Source of the DNA: the human T2T-CHM13v2.0 reference genome, Homo sapiens
Reading direction: 5' to 3' (one strand)
Length of the DNA stretch: 64,000 nt
Assembly: GCF_009914755.1 (NCBI RefSeq)
Contig: NC_060935.1
How positions within the stretch are numbered: position 1 is the first letter of the stretch; every line of letters begins with the position of its first letter. The position numbers and the translations under genes are program-made. The notes under the pieces are model-generated. The model was not told the origin of the DNA. It ran no database searches and was given only the letters and a program-made list of their open reading frames with translations. Below are positions 59,190 to 64,000 of this stretch, piece after piece.

Positions 59190-60169
59190 TGATCCGCCCG
59201 CCTCAGCCTCTCAAAGTGCTGGGATTGCAGGCATGAGCCACTGCGCCCAGCCTGTTTGTTTGTTTTCAGATAGGGTCACCCTGTCAGCCAGGCTGGAATG
59301 CAATGGTGTGATTGTGATCACAGCTCACTGCTGCCTCAACCTGAGGGCTCAAGTGATCCTCCCACTTCAGCCTCCTTAGTAACTGGGACCACAGGGGTGA
59401 GCCACCATGCCTGGCTAATTTGTTAATTTTTGTAGAGATGGGGTCTCCCTATGTTGCCGAGGCTGGTCTCAAACTACTGGGCTTAAGTGATCCTCCTGCC
59501 TTAGCTTCCCAGAGCGCTGGGATTAAAGGCATGAGCTGCTGTGCCTGGTCAATCCTTTTTACATGTTTGAGGAAAAATAAATGTCCTGTTTTCAGGCTAA
59601 GATCAAGTAATAATCCTCATGTGTTAGGAAGCATGTGACATGGATTTTTGCAGCAGAGGGTTAGAAAGGAACTTTCTTTATATACTTGGCCCCCTGCATT
59701 TCAGGGCTCCACCGCCATCTGTCTGTCTGAGTGTAAAGTGGACCTTATTGGCATCTGGGCTGCCAAACTGCTTTTTTTCCTTTGCTTTGCCCAGCCTTCT
59801 CTTGAAGGCTAAATTCTTGAAAAATTATATTCTTTGTGTTCCTATAGTAAATATTAAGCTTTATATCAACACATATGGCAGGATCTGAGGCTCTTTACTC
59901 ACCTCTGGTCCATTTCTCTAGTCTTTTCTCTGTAGTCTTTTTGTTTTCCTGTCCTCCATCTCCTAATTTATTAGTTTTATTATTATATTTTATATTATTT
60001 TTTTGAGACAGAGTTTTGCTCTTGTTGCCCAGGCTGGAGTGCAATGGCGCGATCTTGGCTCACTGCAATCCCTGCCTCATGGGTTCAAGTGATTTGTCTG
60101 CCACAGCCTCCTGAGTAGCTGAAATTACAGGCACGCACCACCATACCTGGCTAATTTTTGTATTTTTAG

Positions 60170-60265
60170 TAGAAACGGGGTTTCACCATGTTAGCCAGGC
60201 TGATATTGAATTCCTGACCTCAATTGATCCGACTGCCTCGGCCTCCGGAAGTGCTGGGATTACAG
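60170..60265 (+). CDS. SLC3A2: SLC3A2 Alu-derived cassette exon C (96 nt; alternative acceptor +3)
   Basis: (V)[31 protein letters not shown]; TAGTAG acceptor; CAG|GTGAG donor; phase 1/1. Confidence 0.75.
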
Positions 60266-61022
60266 GTGAGCCACAGTGCCTGGCAGTTTGTTTTATTTTG
60301 GTTGAACAGTTACAAGTCTTGGTTTGTTTTCCTGCAGCAACAGGTTTATCTTGATATGATACAGCGTTATTTAAATTCCTTTTCATTTTCCTGCCTTTGT
60401 CTTCACATGCTAGTTTTTTTCAGTTGTTTCTTTTTTCTTCTTCCTTTTCTTTTTTTTTTTTTTTGAGAGATAGTCTTGCTGTGTTGTCCAGGTTGCAGTA
60501 CAGTGGTGCGATCTGGGCTCACTGCAACCTCTGCCTCCTGGGTTCAAGTGATTCTCTCACCTCAGCCTCCGGAGTAGCTGGGATTACAGGTGCCCACCAC
60601 CACGCCTGGCTAATTTTTGTATTTTTAGTAGAGACAGCGTTTCACCATGTTGGCCAGGCTGGTCTTGAACTCCTGACCTCAATTGATCTGCCTGCCTTGG
60701 TCTCCCAAAGTGCTGATTACAGGTGTGATCCACCGTGCCTAGCCTGTTTAGTTGTTTCTAAGAAGGGAGATATTGGTTTTGATTGACATAGTTCATCCAC
60801 TTATTTACCAAACACTTGCGAAGTGCCTACTATATGCTGCCTCCGAATAGGCAGGTTCGTCCACAATAGCACAAGGCTCCTGCCACTTGTCTTCAAGGAC
60901 AAAGAGACATCCAGACAAACAAATGTAATAAACAAATGGGACATGATTGTAGCAGAGGCAGATGCATGGTGGAGGGAAAGTAATTTTGTCTGGGGAGTTG
61001 AGAAAAGCTGTCACTTGAGCTA

Positions 61023-61427
<405 letters not shown>

Positions 61428-61430
61428 TCA

Positions 61431-61622
<192 letters not shown>

Positions 61623-61855
61623 TCATGTTGGACCATCTCAAAGACAGCTTCTGACCCCACAGTTCTCAACCTTGTTCTTACTTATTTTTAGAGACAGGGT
61701 CTCGCTCTGTCTCCTAGGCTGGTATGCAGTGGTGCCACCATGGCTCACTGCAGCCTCACAAACTCCTGGACTCAAGTGATCCTCCTGCTTTTGCTTCCCT
61801 TGAGTGTTGGCATCTCATGGGACTCCAGGGGCACATCACCAATTACAGATGATAA

Positions 61856-61975
<120 letters not shown>

Positions 61976-64000
61976 TAAGTAGCTGGGACTACAGGCACCC
62001 GCCACCACGCCTGGCTGATTTTTTTTTTTTTTTTTTGCATTTTTAGTAGAGACGGGGTTTCACTGTGTTAGCCAGGATGGTCTCGGTCTCCTGACCTCTT
62101 GATCCACCTGCCTCGGCCTCCCAAAGTGCTGGTATTACAGGTGTGAGACACCACGCCTGGCCTTTTTTTTTCTTTTTTGAGACAGAGTCTCACTCTGTCA
62201 CCCAGGCTGGAGTGCAGCCGCGCAATCTTGGCTCACTGCAACCTCTGCCTCTCGGGTTCAAGCGATTCTCATGCCTCACCCCTCCAAGTCTGGGACTACA
62301 GGCGTGTGCTACTATGTCCAGTTAATTTTTGTATTTTTAGTAGAGATGGGGTTTCACCATGTTGGCCAGGCTGGTCACGAACTCCTGACCTCAAGTTATC
62401 CGCCACCCTCAGCCTCCCAAAGTGCTGGGATTACAGGTGTCAGCCACCACACCTGGCCTGTTAGTTTTTTTGAGGCAGAGTCTTGCTCTATCACCCAGAC
62501 TGGAGTGCAGTGGCCCATTCTTGGCTCACTGCAACCTCTACCTCCTGGGTTCAAGCGATTCTCATGCCACAGCATGAGAAGTGGGATTACAGGGATTAGT
62601 AGGTGGGATTACAGGTGTGAGCCACCACACCCAGCCAGGCCCAGATAATTTTAAAATTTATTTTTTTATTTATTTAGAAATGGAGTCTCACTATGTTGCC
62701 CCGTCTGGTCTTAAACTCCTGGCCTCAAGGAATCCTCCCTCCTTGGCCTCCTAAAGGGCTAGGTGACAGGCATGAGTCACACTGCGCCCAGCCTTGAGCT
62801 TTTGTGCTCGAGATATAGTCCATTCAGAACCTCTGGTTGGCACTTCTTATCTGGCACATGCAGGGCACCTTGGATCTCTTATTATCTTTGAGCACTGGTC
62901 TGAACCCACTTGCTTGCCTTCTCCCAGGGGCTGCCCCGTGCACCCCTTGTTCCTAGGGTGGGGATGGGGTTGGATGCCTGGGGTTGCAGAGGGGACTAGC
63001 AGAGGGTGACCCTTTTCTCTATGCTATTACTTCAGATCTTGGCTTTTGCTTTCTTCCAAATACACAGCAATCTTGGCTTCCAGCCTAGGTGGGAAAGGGA
63101 GAAAGAACCGATTTCCTCCAGCTCCTCTCTGAAAGTAGCCCAACTGGCACTGTTTAGGAACAAGGAGTTCCTGAGAGTGTTGGCACCCCACGGTGTTGAT
63201 GTCCGGTAGTTCCCTGCTGTGAACCCTGTCTCTGCCCCACTTCAATCCAAGGACCCTGTGGAGGGAATTCTAGGCTTCTTCAAAGCCTCTGCAGTACCAG
63301 CTGCCTCCAAGGCCTAACATAGTGAAGTGATAGGGAGACAGGACCTTGGGGGAGTTTGGGGATAACTGTGGGAGTTCCTGCAAGGTGGGTAAGAGTCTGG
63401 CCATGGCATCTTCTGGTCTATTCCACAAAAAAGGTGGATGCCTCTGAGACCTAGCTCTGTTATGTTCATTACAGCCCTATCAGTCTCTTCTGGATGTCTG
63501 ATTCCTAGCTGCCAAACATCCAGGTGCTAGCAGCTGGGGGTGGGGTAGGATAAGAAGGGGGGTGTCTACCTCAACCTTCCTGCCCAAACCATTCATTTTA
63601 AAGTACTGTGAAGAAGGCTGGATTAGTGTTAAATTCAATAAAGTTAACAAAGCAAAGTATTGTAGTGAGTACACAATAAATAGTTGCTGCATGAGGAATT
63701 TCTTGAAATGAATTCAAGATGAGTCTTGAAAAACGAGTGGGAGTAAGCCGTGCACGGAAGCAGAGGTCTAGCAGAGGTCTAGCGCCAAGTCCCAGAGGCC
63801 TGAGAGGGCAAGCCTTGGTGGGGGAAAAGGCAGAAGTTGTGACTGGCTGCCTCTGAGAGTGCAAGTAGCCATGCAAAGTTGGGAAAACCAGACGGCGGCC
63901 GGAGCCGTGAACCAGGGGCAAATGGAGGATGGTGTTGGGGTAGTCACTAGCCTGCCGGAATGGAAGAAGAGGGGCGTTTGGGGGCGGTAAGGCCTAAAGG

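Noticed and set aside
59595-59608. 14-nt match to the U2 5' region (GGCTAAGATCAAGT)
   Set aside because: Too short to distinguish from chance; flanks do not align convincingly.
63700-64000. Rising GC/CpG content at the right edge, probably the proximal SLC3A2 promoter
   Set aside because: The TSS and the MSQDTEV exon are not in the window, so it cannot be supported from this sequence alone.

Overview
Human (primate) genomic DNA, very Alu-rich, recognisable as the 11q12.3 gene cluster. On the minus strand, read right to left: SNHG1/UHG (5'TOP host of SNORD25-31 and SNORD22), the U2 snRNA gene RNU2-2 with intact PSE, DSE and 3' box, the complete 11-exon WDR74 CDS (385 aa), intronless TEX54, and STX5 exons 1-10 (the last exon lies left of the window). 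On the plus strand: the distal first exon of SLC3A2 (4F2hc/CD98hc), head-to-head with SNHG1, and three Alu-derived in-frame cassette exons; the main SLC3A2 coding exons lie beyond the right edge. The SLC3A2 intron contains two independent HERV-K(HML-2) solo LTRs nested in Alus, a decayed ERVL gag-pol, and a decayed U2 copy. Most ORF-track entries are Alu translations. Gene identities come from recall, not a database search. I found no wholly new system. The most notable items are a divergent second U22 in SNHG1, the Alu-exon/TSD/palindrome architecture of SLC3A2, the overlapping uORF in STX5 and the snRNA-promoter/WDR74 arrangement.
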